This document shows, one piece after another, positions 12,745-25,983 of a stretch of DNA of 64,000 bases (position 1 is its first letter; the number at the start of each line of letters is the position of its first letter). The stretch is from Macrostomum lignano (Eukaryota): contig NIVC01001104.1 of assembly GCA_002269645.1 (NCBI GenBank), positions 1 through 64,000 on the forward strand, in the 5' to 3' direction. The position numbers and the translations under genes were made by a program. The notes beneath the pieces are model-generated. The model saw nothing but the letters and a program-made list of their open reading frames with translations. It did no database searches and had not been told where the DNA came from.

Positions 12745-13510
12745 TTCAAATTGATGGGCGATTCTTGATGAATTTGATGGGCGATTCTTAGAGAATTTGA
12801 TGGGCGATTCTTGATGAATTTGATGGGCGATTCTTGATGAATTTGATGGGCGATTCTTGATGAATTTGAGGGGCGATTCTTGATGAATTTGATGGGCGAT
12901 TCTTGATGAATTTGATGGGCGATTCTTGATGAATTTGATGGGCGATTCTTGATGAATTTGATGGGCGATTCTTGAGAATTTGATGGGCGATTCTTGATGA
13001 ATTTGATGGGCGATTCTTGATGAATTTGATGGGCGATTCTTGATGAATTTGATGGGCGATTCTTGATGAATTTGATGGGCGATTCTTGATGAATTTGATG
13101 GGCGATTCTTGGAATTTGATGGGCGATTCTTGGAATTTAACAGGCGATTCTTGATGAATTTGATGGGCGATTCTTGATGAATTTGATGGGCGATTCTTGA
13201 TGAATTTGATGGGCGATTCTTGAGAATTTGATGGGCGATTCTTGGGGAATTTGATGGGCGATTCTTGATGAATTTGATGGGTGATTCTTGGGGAATTTGA
13301 TGGGCGATTCTTGGGGAATTTAACAGGCGATACTTGATGAATTTGATGGGCGATTCTTGATGAATTTGATGGGCGATTCTTGATGAATTTGATGGGCGAT
13401 TCTTGATGAATTTGATGGGCGATTCTTGATGAATTTGATGGGCGATTCTTGGGGAATTTGATGGGCGATTCTTGATGAATTTGATGGGCGATTCTTGGGG
13501 AATTTGATGG
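12745..13510. repeat. 23-bp intronic minisatellite (PNUTS intron)
   Basis: Unit GGGCGATTCTTGATGAATTTGAT. Confidence 0.96.
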
Positions 13511-13649
13511 GGTTTGTAGAGCGCAGGAAAAAAGCAGCAAAATTTGGTGCACAGCAATTCTTTTGAGATGTGACAAAGGCAAATTTCGCTTCAAAAAGTT
13601 GGCATAGCGGTCACTGAATCGGCCGAGTTAAAATTAAGCATCCAATTAC

Positions 13650-13931
13650 CTGCGGGAACATGCCGCTGGCGGCCAATTCCTCTTTCAACGGTTCAAGCAG
13701 GCTTCGAATTCTATCCACAGTAAGATCCTCGGTTCTCTGCAGGTGCAAATCTGGATACCTCGAACGCAGCAGTCGCCAAAGAGCCTCTTTGGGCGTCTGG
13801 TTGGCGGCAGCGGTGGCAGAGGTGGAGGCGGCGGCGGAGGCGGCGGTGTCAACTGCGGGCGACGGCTGGTTCGGGACACCGGCGGACGCCGTGGTGAGGT
13901 TGCGGGTGACCTGTTTGAGAATGTCGGCCAC
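13650..13931 (-). CDS. PPP1R10: PNUTS/PPP1R10 internal exon
   Basis: Acceptor cctcgcAG|GTG at 13931 and donor CAG|GTAATT at 13650. 282 nt, phase 0/0, in frame with both neighbours. Confidence 0.85.
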
Positions 13932-13991
13932 CTGCGAGGTGGGGGATGGAGTTTCAGTTTTCCGGTTGGTTATGAAATTACTACTAACGCT

Positions 13992-14632
13992 CGCTTCCGC
14001 TTCCAGCTTCCGCTTCCAGCTTCCGCTTCCAGCTTCCGCTTCCAGCTTCCGCTTCCAGCTTCCGCTTCCAGCTTCCGCTTCCAGCTTCCGCTTCCAGCTT
14101 CCGCTTCCAGCTTCCGCTTCCAGCTTCCGCTTCCAGCTTCCGCTTCCAGCTTCCGCTTCCAGCTTCCGCTTCCAGCTTCCGCTTCCAGCTTCCGCTTCCA
14201 GCTTCCGCTTCCAGCTTCCGCTTCCAGCTTCCGCTTCCAGCTTCCGCTTCCAGCTTCCGCTTCCAGCTTCCGCTTCCAGCTTCCGCTTCCAGCTTCCGCT
14301 TCCAGCTTCCGCTTCCAGCTTCCGCTTCCAGCTTCCGCTTCCAGCTTCCGCTTCCAGCTTCCGCTTCCAGCTTCCGCTTCCAGCTTCCGCTTCCAGCTTC
14401 CGCTTCCAGCTTCCGCTTCCAGCTTCCGCTTCCAGCTTCCGCTTCCAGCTTCCGCTTCCAGCTTCCGCTTCCAGCTTCCGCTTCCAGCTTCCGCTTCCAG
14501 CTTCCGCTTCCAGCTTCCGCTTCCAGCTTCCGCTTCCAGCTTCCGCTTCCAGCTTCCGCTTCCAGCTTCCGCTTCCAGCTTCCGCTTCCAGCTTCCGCTT
14601 CCAGCTTCCGCTTCCAGCTTCCGCTTCCAGCT
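13992..14632. repeat. Near-perfect 13-bp minisatellite (PNUTS intron)
   Basis: (CGCTTCCAGCTTC)n, about 49 copies with no visible variants. Confidence 0.98.
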
Positions 14633-14697
14633 ACTATTAGTTCCCTTCCTAGCCTGACAATATAGACCTCGCTAATTCGGCTCTCGCAATGACTCAC

Positions 14698-16776
14698 CTC
14701 GTCTTTCAAAGCCAAACCGCCGTCCGAAGATCTGCTAATCGTCATCAGAAGGTCGGAGACGCTGCTGGCCACTGATGCTGCCGTGGAGGCGGCTGTCGTA
14801 GTCAATGTCGACGTTGCTGTAACAGCCGACGACGCTGCTGAGGACAGCGCTGCTGACGTTGGTGCAGCTGTCGAAGTTGAAGACGTTGAAGATACCGCCG
14901 CAGCCACTGCCACAGCGACCGAATCCGGCGATGGAAGAATTGATGCAGAAACAGTAGCAGATGGAGTACCGGCACTAGAAGCCACCGGTTGCTCCTGCTT
15001 CGGCTTCTGCTGTTGCTCTGGCTTTGCCTGCTGCTGAGGCGTCGCTGCAGAAGTCGTAGGCGGCGGCGACGCAGGCTTGGATACCTCTTCGAGCGGGATA
15101 ATTTTTGGCTCCTCAGCGTCCGCATGCTCAACGTCAGGCTCAGCCGGACTGGGTGGCACCGCTTCGCGGCTAAAATAAATCACCTGCAGAATGGCCTCCT
15201 GGCGCTTGGCCTGGCGGGCCCGCTCGGTGGATTTCCGGCCGCTATTGGACTCGGCAGCGAACGGCGGCAGGTCGCTGATTGGCCGCGGCCGGTACCACTG
15301 CGGCGGCCGGCCCAGCTGCAGACGGTGCGAAGCCGCCGGGTTGCTTGAAGACAAATCGGACGACGAATCGTCCATGGCGCCGTCCATCAGGCCCTCTTTG
15401 CGGGCCTTATTAAGCAATTCGCGCTCCCTGACGTGCTCCTGCTTGGACATCTCTTCAACGCTCTGCCGATTGACATTGACTCGTTCGGTTTCGTCCAGCT
15501 CGAAGTAGGACACCTGCTCCAGCTCGCCGGCTGGCGCCCAGCTGACCCGCCGGCCGGACTTCTTGTTGCCGGAGGAGGCGGCAGCAGCTAACTCAGGCTT
15601 CTTCGGGCTTGTCGCCGATGATGAGTCAGGCTGAGCTGTCGTCGATTGCAGCGCCGGCACCGCAGGCGGCTCGGGCGTTGTTGGCGTTGTTGCGTTGCTG
15701 TTGCCGCCGCTGTCCTTCTTCCGTTTTCGCACCAGCTTGGCGGAGCCACCGGCTGCGTGCTGTTGCTGCTGCTCAGTGCCGCCACCAGCGCCAGAATGGC
15801 CGCCATTGGAGAACAGCGAGTCCATAAAGCCGGAGTCCAGATGCAGCTCACCGGCTGGCCGTTTCTTTTGCTGTTGCTGCTGTTGCTGCTGCTGCTGGTT
15901 GTTGCTGCTGCCGGGTATGCTTTTAGGAGAATCTGACGGCGTTGGCTTGACGCTGATAGACGCGTGAATAGACTCCAGGTCCGTGTCCGGTCGCTTCCGT
16001 TTCGCCGCGGACGGACCTTCGACGGCTTCGCTTTTAAATTTTGACGAGGAAGCAGCGGCGCCAGCTCCGGATGACGACGACGACGACGGCGAGGACGATG
16101 TCAGCTCGTCCGAGGCGAGCAGGTTGGTGTCGCGAAAATGCGACGGAGCGGTGCGGGCAGTCGATGGTATCTTACGCGGCTGCTGTTGCTTCTTCTCAGA
16201 CTGCTTCTCAGTTGAACGTCGCTGCTGCTGCTGCTGCTGCTCTTCGCCACCGCTGTCCAGCCGTTTTCTCTTGTGCTCGGAAGGACCGGTGCCTTTCTCG
16301 CTAGCCGGCAACGACGCCTGCTGCGGCTGAGGCGGCAGTTCCGCTTTGATCTGGTCCATCCACTTGTCAACTAGGCTGGCGGCCAGGTCAGACAGCTCGG
16401 CCTGGTTCTTGGCCTTGGCAATCTGCTTCACCATCTTGGCTGAATCGTTGCTCCTTAGCATGTCCAGAGTGACGGGCAGGCGGTGGAACACCTCGAGCAG
16501 CAGCTTCTCCAGGGCCCGGTTCTCATCTCGCCGGGCCTCCGCTAGCCACTGATTTAACAGCTGCCAGCCACCGTTCTTGCACAGCGCGGCCATCTTGTCC
16601 GCCTGGTCGGTGTACTTGATCACGTTCAGCATGATGGCCTTGGCCACGAGTTTATTAGCCGACAGCATTCTGTCGTAGAGTTTCGGCACCGAGTCTGCCG
16701 CCCGGATGCCGCCATTTGAGTCGATCAGGCCGTCTCTGGCCAGCGACTTAAAATACTCAAGTCTTTGTTCGGTTGC
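14698..16776 (-). CDS. PPP1R10: PNUTS/PPP1R10 main exon (TFIIS-N-like domain, PP1-binding RVSW motif)
   Basis: GGWQLLNQWL...RLPVTLDML...AKMVKQIAK (TFIIS N-terminal fold), RRVSWAP followed by YFELDETERVNVN, and ILQVIYFSREAVPPSPAEPD, all PNUTS hallmarks. Acceptor atttcAG|GCA at 16776, donor GAG|GTGAGT at 14698. Total protein about 909 aa if one Met is added. Confidence 0.93.
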
Positions 16777-17019
16777 CTGAAATATGCAGCGAATGAGGAT
16801 TTAGCTCGTAGTTCAGACTTTGAAATTTAGCTTATTCTTTGTGGCGTCATATTTACGATACATGCGACTTTTACAACTCAGTGACGGAAAACTGTTTAGT
16901 ATATTAATATAACTAAAATGTCAATTCTAATTAATATAGCTAGCATTATAGACAGGAAACCTAGCAACCTTCCTGGCCAATAGCGAAGCAATTCAAATAA
17001 CACACAAATATGGAGGGGC

Positions 17020-17765
17020 GGCTGTGATGGAGGGCCAGTTGTAAATAGAAAGAAGCTGTAAATGAAGAGGAAACTGTGAATGGGGGGAAGCTGTGAATGG
17101 AGCGGCAGGTGTGAATGGGGAGGAAGCTGTAAATGGAGAGGAAACTGTGAATAGAGAGGAAACTGTGAATAGAGGGAAGGTGTGAATAAAGAGAAGCTGT
17201 GAATGGGGGAATATGTGAATGGAACGGCAGATGTGAATGGGGAGGAAGCTGTAAATGGAGAGGAAGCTGTAAATGGAGAGGAAGCTGTAAATAGAGGGAA
17301 GGTGTGAATTCAGGAAGCTGTGAATGGAGTGGAACCTGTGAATGGAAGGGAAGTTGTGAATGCAGGGAAGCTGTTAATGGGGGGAGCTGTGAATGGAGGG
17401 CCAGTTGTGAAGAGTAGAAAGTTGTGAACAGAGAGAATCTGTGAATACAGAGGAGCCGTGAATGGAGGGCCAGTTGTGAAGAGAAGGAAGCTGTGAAAGA
17501 GGGAAGCTGTGAATACAGGGAAGCTGTGAACAGAGGGAAGCTGTGAATCAAAAGCTGTGAATGAAAGGATGCTGTGAATGGAGGGAAGCTGGGAACAGGA
17601 AGCTGTGGATGAAGGGATGCTGTGATTGGAAGGATGTTGTAAATAGGGGAAGTTGTAAATGGGGGATACTGTGAATGGAGGGGAAGCTGCAAAGCAGAGA
17701 AGCTGTTAATGAAGGGCCAGTTGTGAAGAGAAGTAAGCTGTGAATGTAGGGGAAGCTGTGAATGG
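17020..17765. repeat. Degenerate purine-rich ~19-20-bp tandem repeat
   Basis: Recurring GGAAGCTGTGAATGG core. Confidence 0.9.
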
Positions 17766-17817
17766 TGCTATAGTCAATAACATTACATATGTACGCTAAT
17801 AACAAGATTTGGTTGAA

Positions 17818-17925
17818 TGGTCGTTCACACCGCCATCAATGAAATCAATAAAAGTTATGAAGTGATGCATACATGAACTTTGCATACAAAGCGTTTTCAA
17901 TTTATTGGCGGCGTGAACAAGCCTT
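17818..17925. mobile_element. Degenerate MITE related to the 7461-7590 element
   Basis: Ends GGTCGTTCACACCGCCA and TGGCGGCGTGAACAAGCCT resemble the TIRs of the 7461 element. TSD not clean. Confidence 0.5.
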
Positions 17926-18083
17926 TATAATATATTTACTTACTATATAAGTTCTTAGTTAATAGAATTTAAAACTGATTACTTTCGACTTATTTCGATG
18001 ACAATACTTTTGCCTAATTTTCTTACTCTAAAGCCGACAGAAAGCCAATTAAAAATAGCGCTACAGATCACTAATCTACTAAC

Positions 18084-18086
18084 CAT
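18084..18086 (-). CDS. PPP1R10: Candidate PNUTS start codon at the end of a mostly non-coding first exon
   Basis: Minus strand reads ATG|GTTAGT (donor at 18083), phase 0, matching the 16776 acceptor. The alternative is trans-splicing (see findings). Confidence 0.4.
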
Positions 18087-19119
18087 ATACATGGTATATA
18101 TAAAGATTAGTTAAGTTCGCTTATTTATAACAGTACAATCGCTGATTGAATTTGATAAATATATTCAACACTGATGTCCCATACTAACTACTGTTAGGCA
18201 TAGCGGGTGTTCCACAATAGCTCGAAATTCCATAAGCTCGAATTTGATGCGTAACTTTGATTAGTGATATTGATATTATGACGCAATAATATATATTTTC
18301 TGGTTTCAGAGCTGTGAATTGCACCTCAAGATATTGTCATATTTTGTCCATGTGTGAAATCATTCAGCCCTTTCGCATATAGTCAGTCCTACAATATAGC
18401 CTAAGCAAAAGCTGTGACAGAACACGGATATATAGCCAACAATAAATATTTTTTCAAACAAGAAACTAAACATCTAACTCAACAAGCTAGGTATATTATA
18501 AACCAGATAATAATTGGCAAATGCAACTCTGCTTCGAACAGCGTCAGGTAGTACCGTATACTGTCATTACGGTAGCGGGAATGCGATCCCGACCTGACTC
18601 AATATTTTATCAAATAGCCAAGGGTTTAAAAAACATTCTGCACTACTTGCTACTAAAAGTAGGCAAAATAGTACCTGCCAAGAAAAAGGTTAACTTATGG
18701 CATTGTAGCCAAGCAACTGTGATATGTAGCCCTTTAACATACTATTTTTTATGGTGAATGTGACTACCTTCTGAGACCTCAACAGAACAATAATGTGATA
18801 GGACCGGAAGACACATAAATGTAATGCAAGAAACGTGAGAATGTACATTGGAGTAAAAGTACGTTTATTGCTTTTATTCAAAAATTACTTCAAAGATAGA
18901 GTATTGTCAATAAATAAACTGGACACCCATTATTTCATTATTTACGACAGTATAGCCAAGGCAATAAAATGTATGCTGAGTTCCTCAAGATTAAAACTAA
19001 AAATAAACCTGATGGAAGTACTTAAATGCAATTTATAGTACGATTTTTCTTCAAGACTGATTCAAATAAATCAACCGAGTAAATTACGCAGAAAAATACA
19101 CGAAGACTACAGTAAGACT

Positions 19120-20225
19120 TTCAAGAATAGAGAGGGTATCATAACGAAGGATTAGAGGGTATCACAAGGAAGGATTAGAGGGCAGCTAGAGGGTATCATG
19201 AGGAAGGATTAGAGGGCAGCTAGAGATTATTATAAGAAAGGATAAGGGCAGCTAGAGGGTATCATAAGGATTAGAGGGCAGTTAGAGGGTATCATAAGGA
19301 AGGGTGAGAGGGCAGCTAGAGGGTATCATAACGAAGGAATAGAGGGTAGCTAGAGGGTATCATATGGAAGGGTGAGAGGGCAGCTAGAGGGTATCATAAC
19401 GAAGGAATAGAGGGTAGCTGGAGGGTATCATATGGAAGGGTGAGAGGGCAGCTAGAGGGTATCATAACGAAGGAATAGAGGGTAGCTAGAGGGTATCATA
19501 TGGAAGGGTGAGAGGGCAGCTAGAGGGTATCATAACGAAGGAATAGAGGGTAGCTGGAGGGTATCATAAGGAAGGGTGAGAGGGCAGCTAGAGGGTATCA
19601 TAAGGAAGGATTAGAGGGCAGCTAGAGGGTATCATAAGGAAGGATGAGAGGGCAGCTAGAGGCTAGGGTATCATAAGGAAGGTTTAGAGGGCAGCTAGAG
19701 GCCGAGGGTAGCATAACGAAGGATTAGAGGGTAGCTAGAGGGTATCATGAGGAAGGATTAGAGGGTAGCTAGAGATTATTATAAGAAATGATAAGGGCAG
19801 TTAGAGGGTATCATAAGGATTAGAGGGCAGTTAGAGGGTATCATAAGGAAGGATTAGAGGGTAGCTATAGAGATTATTTTAAGAAATGATAAGGGCAGTT
19901 TGAGGGTATCAAGGATTAGAGGGCAGTTAGAGGGTATCATAAGGAAGGATTAGAGGGTAGCTATAGAGATTATTATAAGAAATGATAAGGGCAGCTAGAG
20001 GGTATCATAAGGATTAGAGGGTAGCTAGAGGGTATCATAACGAAGGATTAGAGGGTAGCTAGATGGTATCATAAGAATTAGAGAGCAGTTAGTGGGTATC
20101 ATAAGGAAGGGTTTGAGGGTAGCTAGAGGGTATCATAAGGATTAGAGGGCAGTTAGAGGGTATCACAAGGAAGGGTTTGAGGGCAGCTAGAGGGTAGCAT
20201 AAAGAAGGATGAGAGGGCATGCAGC
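19120..20225. repeat. ~30-34-bp purine-rich minisatellite
   Basis: Unit about CAGCTAGAGGGTATCATAAGGAAGGATTAGAGGG. Confidence 0.95.
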
Positions 20226-22155
20226 TAGGAGAGGGTACGAGTATCATCAGGCGAATGCCATGCAAATTGTGCGAACATAATTTTTGCCACTCTGACCTTC
20301 GATGGCGGCATAAACGAATCGTAAACTCAATATACCTTCAACCAAAGCCCCAATCGCTAAAACAAATGTGTGCAATTTCTGTTTTAAAAGATCCACTTTT
20401 TTCGTACGGGCACTGCCTGCAAGTAGTAACTTCAAATTCATAATCGAGGACCCAGTGTGTACCTACAACACGTGCAGTATCCATTGTAAGCCATTTGTTT
20501 CGCTCAAAAGCGAAACTGTCGGCCCGGCTAGTGGTTTTACTGACAATGACCAGTAATTGGTTCATTGCTCGTAAAAAGTACTTTCTCTATATGAATATTT
20601 TTCCTTCAAGTTCAAACCGACTTTACAAATTTTACGATTATTAATTTAAATAATAGTTCTCAATGATTTCTTCGTTCTAACAGTCAATAACTACCAAGAT
20701 CGAAGCCATCTTGACGATGCAGAAGTTACTCAGATGACAGATGATAATAAAGTTACTAACTGCAGACAGGCAGTGCCCGATGGAAATAGAAGTTGAAAGT
20801 TAATATTTAGCCCTATAATGTATAGCAGCTGATGAATATTTCAACCTTAGATCTGATCTTTCATTCAGTCGATAAGACTCGGCAAAGTCTAGCTTGTTAA
20901 TTGATATGCGATTGAGAACGGTGGACGCGAGTTCAGAAACTCTCAACGGCTCTTAGGGCTAGACTAAGTAGGATTTTGGAGACCGTGCAAGGATCGACGG
21001 CGAACTGCAGCCAGTCGATTAGCAGTGCTTCTTAATACTACCTAGCCACAGATAATACGCTATAGAGTTGACTGATAAGTGGCGCAACCAGAGATTTAGG
21101 TGAGGGGGCGGATACAAAGGGCCCACTGGTAGGCCGGCATTTCGGCAAAAATTCGGAGTCTCCTCCGAAGGGCGAATGCAACCGCCCCTGCTGACAGACA
21201 GTCAAGTGAGCCCCTTTTAAAGCTGTGCACTCGATGCGGAGCCGGTATTACTTATGAATTAATATATCGAATGTAATTTATTGAACTCTGGCGTTATGGT
21301 GACGCCAAAATCACTTTTAGCATTATTTTCATAAACTATAGTGTTACTTAAGATATATACACACATATCTTGTACGAGTAGACTATGCAGGAACATATGA
21401 CGGCAAAATAAGATTCTTTTCCATTCCATACTTTGATTTAGAGTTAGCAAGTACAATTAACACACAATATTTGTTCTGCTAGTAAGCAAACACTTAAACC
21501 CAGCAGATAAAATTATGAAATCCGACTGATCCATTGAGCACCAAGCAGATCTCTGGTCACCGCGGATACGAACTTGGTAACGACTTTGACGCTGGCAAGA
21601 CCGATCAACGACCGCTAGTTCGACTCGACTTGAGCTGCAGGTGTCTCACACTGTGAAATCAGGGTTTAAAATGTCAATTCAGGTAGTTAGAATAAAGGAC
21701 ATTCACTTTTAATCCTACTTGAATTAAAAACATTTAAAATCTACGTATAGTTGATTAAATGACGCACCAGTTCCCTATCAGTAATAGTGACTAAATGGCA
21801 AACACCTCTGAGGCTTCTTAATCATCTTAAACTAATCGACATAGTAAAATGAGCGACAGTCGCTTTTGCTGTCCCGACCAAAATAATTGTCCTTTTTGGA
21901 CAGAAATAATTTACTAAGCTATCGATTTCTTACGTTAACTTTAAATTTCATCATAAACAGTAGTACTAATACTGGTAAATAATCAAACCAGAATCCTAAC
22001 GGGCGATAAGTAGTAGATAGCTTTGCATGGTCTTATCTCAAGCTCATTCTATCGTATCTCATTCCACTTTTGATCATCGTCAGGAACCTAACCCCACTTT
22101 GGTGTGCGAATCGGAGGCGTTATCGCTCCGCTACTCAGCCGCAATGTTTCAAATA

Positions 22156-23418
22156 CGTGGAGCTTACTGAAAGTTTTGAGATACAACTGACTCATAAGTC
22201 ACAACTGCACGTCTTTTCATGTACATACTCAGCCACAGTTCAGATGCTTGTGTATAAATTTTCAGCCTCTGTGCTTGTAGATTTTTCACGATCACTCTTT
22301 AAAGTTAACACCCCTTACCAAGCTGTACTCGCTCTGAAGGAATTGACAAACTGCGACTTTCGTGCTTATGATCGTTTACGACCAGCGAAATGGTCTCACG
22401 CAGAAGCAGTGCTTTAAGAGTTTACATACTGCTTTCGGAGACCAAAACCCTTGGTCAGCTTTCGGTGGTAGTGTAAGTGGAGCCGAAAGTCTCGATGACG
22501 AACCTCGCACGGGACGCCCAGCTACTGCTGTCACCGACGAAAACATCGCTGCTGTCCGGAGAATGATCGATGAGGACCGGCGAGTAACCTGTGCCAAGAT
22601 CAGAGAGGCTCTCTTGAAATTGGATCGGCAGTAGCTAGAACCATCCTGTACAAGCTTGGAGCCTCCTGGAACCTGACAGAGTACTAGAAGGCGGACAGGG
22701 TGCGTTGGTGCAAGTTCATTCCTGGCATGAAGCGAGTCTGGGAGATAATCAGAAGTGATGAGACCTGGGTCTACCAGAACGACCGGAAACCAAGCTGCAG
22801 TCCGCCGTTTGGCTCCTTCCGGAAGATACTCGTACCACCCCGACAAAAGTCAAGCGGGTCCCGCAGCGCCGGGAAGCAGATGGTCGCGACTTTTTAGCCA
22901 GGCTGCTGCACCACAACGCCAGTGCGCAGACTGCTACGACATTGGCAATGGCATTTCTGACCCGAGAATGGAGTCCAGCTGGTGAAATATTCCCCCACGG
23001 AGCACCAACTTCTTTCTCTTCCCTTTGGTTTTCAACTTTGTGGAACTTGTTCTGAACCCGGAAGCAGCGAGAATCGAGTTCCAGTTAGTGGTTTCAGCAG
23101 TGTCAGAATAGTGTCAGAACAGTGTCAGAACTGGGGTTGTAGCCTAGTGGTTAACTCACGACTTGAAGGTTTCGATTCCCGAATTTGTGTCCTTGAGAAG
23201 ACACTGCGAGTTTACAGCTCTTAGCTGTCGAAGTTACTTTTCAGAAATAGCAGCTGTCGACATAAGAATCAATTAGTGTGACTAGACTGGAGCCTGGACT
23301 CAGTGGTTTCACCGGATGAGAAAATGTGTACAAGCTGGTGGCAACTACTTTGAAAAATCGACTAAATTTTGTTGACTCTTGGTTTCGGTGCACCTCAAAA
23401 CGTTCAGTAAACTCCTCG
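22156..23418 (+). mobile_element. Full-span but inactivated mariner element
   Basis: TA|CGTGGAGCTTACTGAAAGTTTT ... AAAACGTTCAGTAAACTCCTCG|TA TIRs with TA TSD. Transposase fragments SLDDEPRTGRP, RMIDEDRRVT and DETWVY, with frameshifts and an internal insertion. Confidence 0.9.
23133..23225 (+). mobile_element. Truncated tRNA-derived CORE-type SINE inside the mariner
   Basis: GGGGTTGTAGCCTAGTGGTTA (A box), GGTTTCGATTCC (B-box-like), then GTGTCCTTGAGAAGACAC. Same head as the 42394 copy. Confidence 0.7.
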
Positions 23419-25503
23419 TATAAGTCCACAGTAAATGAACTTTTGACTTATTTGGTGCATGTATGATCGATACAATAACGCTTTTGATATATCTCAGCTT
23501 TAATTTGAATTTCATTGCATAAACTAAATGATTGCTTACGATTCAATACACTCGATACGCCGCCTTGAACTTGCAGTTAGTCGGAAAAGAAACTTAGTTT
23601 CGAACGATGATTGGCTGTGGCCGGGGCTGTAGCTGTGCGATTTAGTTTTGATTAAACCGAAGAGACCTCAACTGCATAGTTTGGACAGTCGTTCTTGAGC
23701 TGCTCTCCAAACGGCGAGCCAAGTTACTAACGCGACATTCATTAATGCCACATCGACATTCGATGCAGAAGCCGTCCTTGTTGGTCAACAATTTTGGCCC
23801 TGAACCCGATAAAAGCACTTTAACGAGAGTAATGTCTGTTCTTTTTGCAGTAATAAAATCTTTCAAAGTACAGCTCCGAAGCTGGCACACTATTGGGGTG
23901 AAACTTGCATATAGGTTAGAAGACTAAATAAACTGGGTTCTTATCCTGTGGTGTCGAATCAAACGAATACAAAGACTCATTTAATCTTTGCGTTGGTTTT
24001 TGTGCCATTGGTAGTTTGGAATCATAGAAACAAAAAAACCAAATATTTTAAGCGTCGATTGCCAAAGCATGCTGCTAGCAAGCCAAAGGTTTAAAAACTT
24101 CAAGTTAAACGAGAGTTTCTCAACAACTATAGATAAAATTTGGACAATCGGAGAAAAAATACTTTTTTAGTCTGACTTTTTGCATAAGAGAAGCTTGTTT
24201 TATACTGTTTCAAATAATGGTGAATGAAGCCTAAAACAATATACCTAGCTATCATTAATGGCTTTTTGCAATGTGTGAAATGTTGAATCAGTGCAATCAC
24301 TTCAGCTGTAGGTCTCGACAAATCTGTGCAAAAGTAGAATAAGGACGGTATTAGTTAATGCGTGACCAACTTTATTATGTAGAAAGCATTTAAAACTAGC
24401 AGAAATCAACTCACCAAACTAAAATAACGAATAGAATGTTGAGCACTTAAGTCTAAAATATGATTCAAAGTAATTCGATTAGGCGATTGGCAGCGAATAA
24501 GAATATTTTTAGCCATAAAAAGGATACTTACATTTGGAGGTCGTAAAACTTAAACAGCCTAAATGCTAGCTATGAATAGTTTCGATTACAATATACTTTT
24601 AAGATTACAATGGGATTTGATTTGAAACCGAACTGGCTTCCTAATCTATACTTACTACAATCTATTATACAACATTTTAGAGAATAGCCAATAGAAAGAT
24701 TAAAGACAGTGTGATATATTTAAAGCAATTAATCTTGAATTAGTAGCAACGGCAACGTTGAAGGGAATGTATTTAAACTAGTCGGCAGAATTAGCATAAA
24801 AGTATATACTCGGTAGAAGGATTGCTTGAAATGAAACTATACAATCAGGCGATAAATTTGACAAAGTACAGAGCAAGAATTTTAATTAAATTATTAGAAT
24901 TAGTCCCAAAACTTGAGACTAGACTTAGGAATAAGTAAAGTAATAAAACATATTCCGCACAGCCAGCTGAAAACAAAAGGAAATTGCTACTCAATTGGAA
25001 TGATATACAGGACACAAAAAATCAAACAATAAAAGTGCATCCAAGCTTAACAGAAAAAACAGCTCGAGACAGACCAGAATAGACCAGCTGTATTGACTTT
25101 ACAGCTGGCGATGTGTAAAAAATGTTTAAAAACCTACTCAAGATTGATAAAAACTTGTGCATATCAGATACACAAAGCATTCAGTGCGGGGCATTTCTAG
25201 GTAATTACTACACAGATGCGCAACTCTCGAATTACCTCAGTATCTACTGGCAACACACACACAGAGACTAGCTAATTTCGCTTCTTTAATGATTGGCATA
25301 GAGTAAAATTAGTACAAGACAAAATACGAGCTAATTAAACCACGCCAATCAAAAAGTAATCATATTGCTTACTTTCAAAGCAGTTAAAGAAATGCGATTA
25401 AATGTTGTGACAGAACATGTCTTACTAATAAAAACGATTTTTGCCTTTGCTAAAGACACAGGGCTCATCATTAAGGCTATATGAGATGCCAGCTGGAGAA
25501 GAA

Positions 25504-25757
25504 TTATGCACTATCCAAACTAGCAAAAAAATTTGTAGCGCTAGTAAGCAACAGAAGCAGGGGCACAAGCAATCTAGCAACGCTAGGACCGGCAAAAGCA
25601 GCATTGCAGCCGTGCTTATTATTGCAATGACAGAAGCGCATTTTCACGCGCAGGGTGCCCAATCGTTCGATGCACCAGCGACCCTCCTCGGCGCCAATAT
25701 CGCCATGGATGGCGCAGTCGCGAATGTAGCGCCGATCCCAGGAGCCGTCGTAATAAG
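25504..25757 (-). CDS. crok: Ly6/uPAR three-finger protein, crooked/quiver-like, exon 3
   Basis: YYDGSWDRRYIRDCAIHGDIGAEEGRWCIERLGTLRVKMRFCHCNNKHGCN followed by a hydrophobic GPI-type tail. Acceptor ctcgcAG at 25758, phase 1. Confidence 0.85.
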
Positions 25758-25983
25758 CTGCGAGTTTTTGTAATAAATTTCAGTTAAAACTGATAGTACT
25801 ACTCTGTAGCTACTACTATCAAATTAAGCACAGCTACTACAAGCTTTAAACTCCAAACTGCAGTCCAGACCGCTGAGCAATATCCAACAACTTAGAATAA
25901 GTACACAAAAAACGCCTAAAGTAATTTCCTCTTAATATCCAGTGTGTAAAAGACAGTTGAAGAACAATTAAGAGTTTACTCAC

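Noticed and set aside
13984-14697. C-terminal 240 aa of the 901-aa ORF as true PNUTS sequence
   Set aside because: A consensus donor at 14697 and in-phase downstream exons ending in the PNUTS zinc finger show this part is intron.
20247-20565. Overlapping short ORFs as a coding exon
   Set aside because: Stops interrupt every frame, and there is no family similarity or splice-site support.
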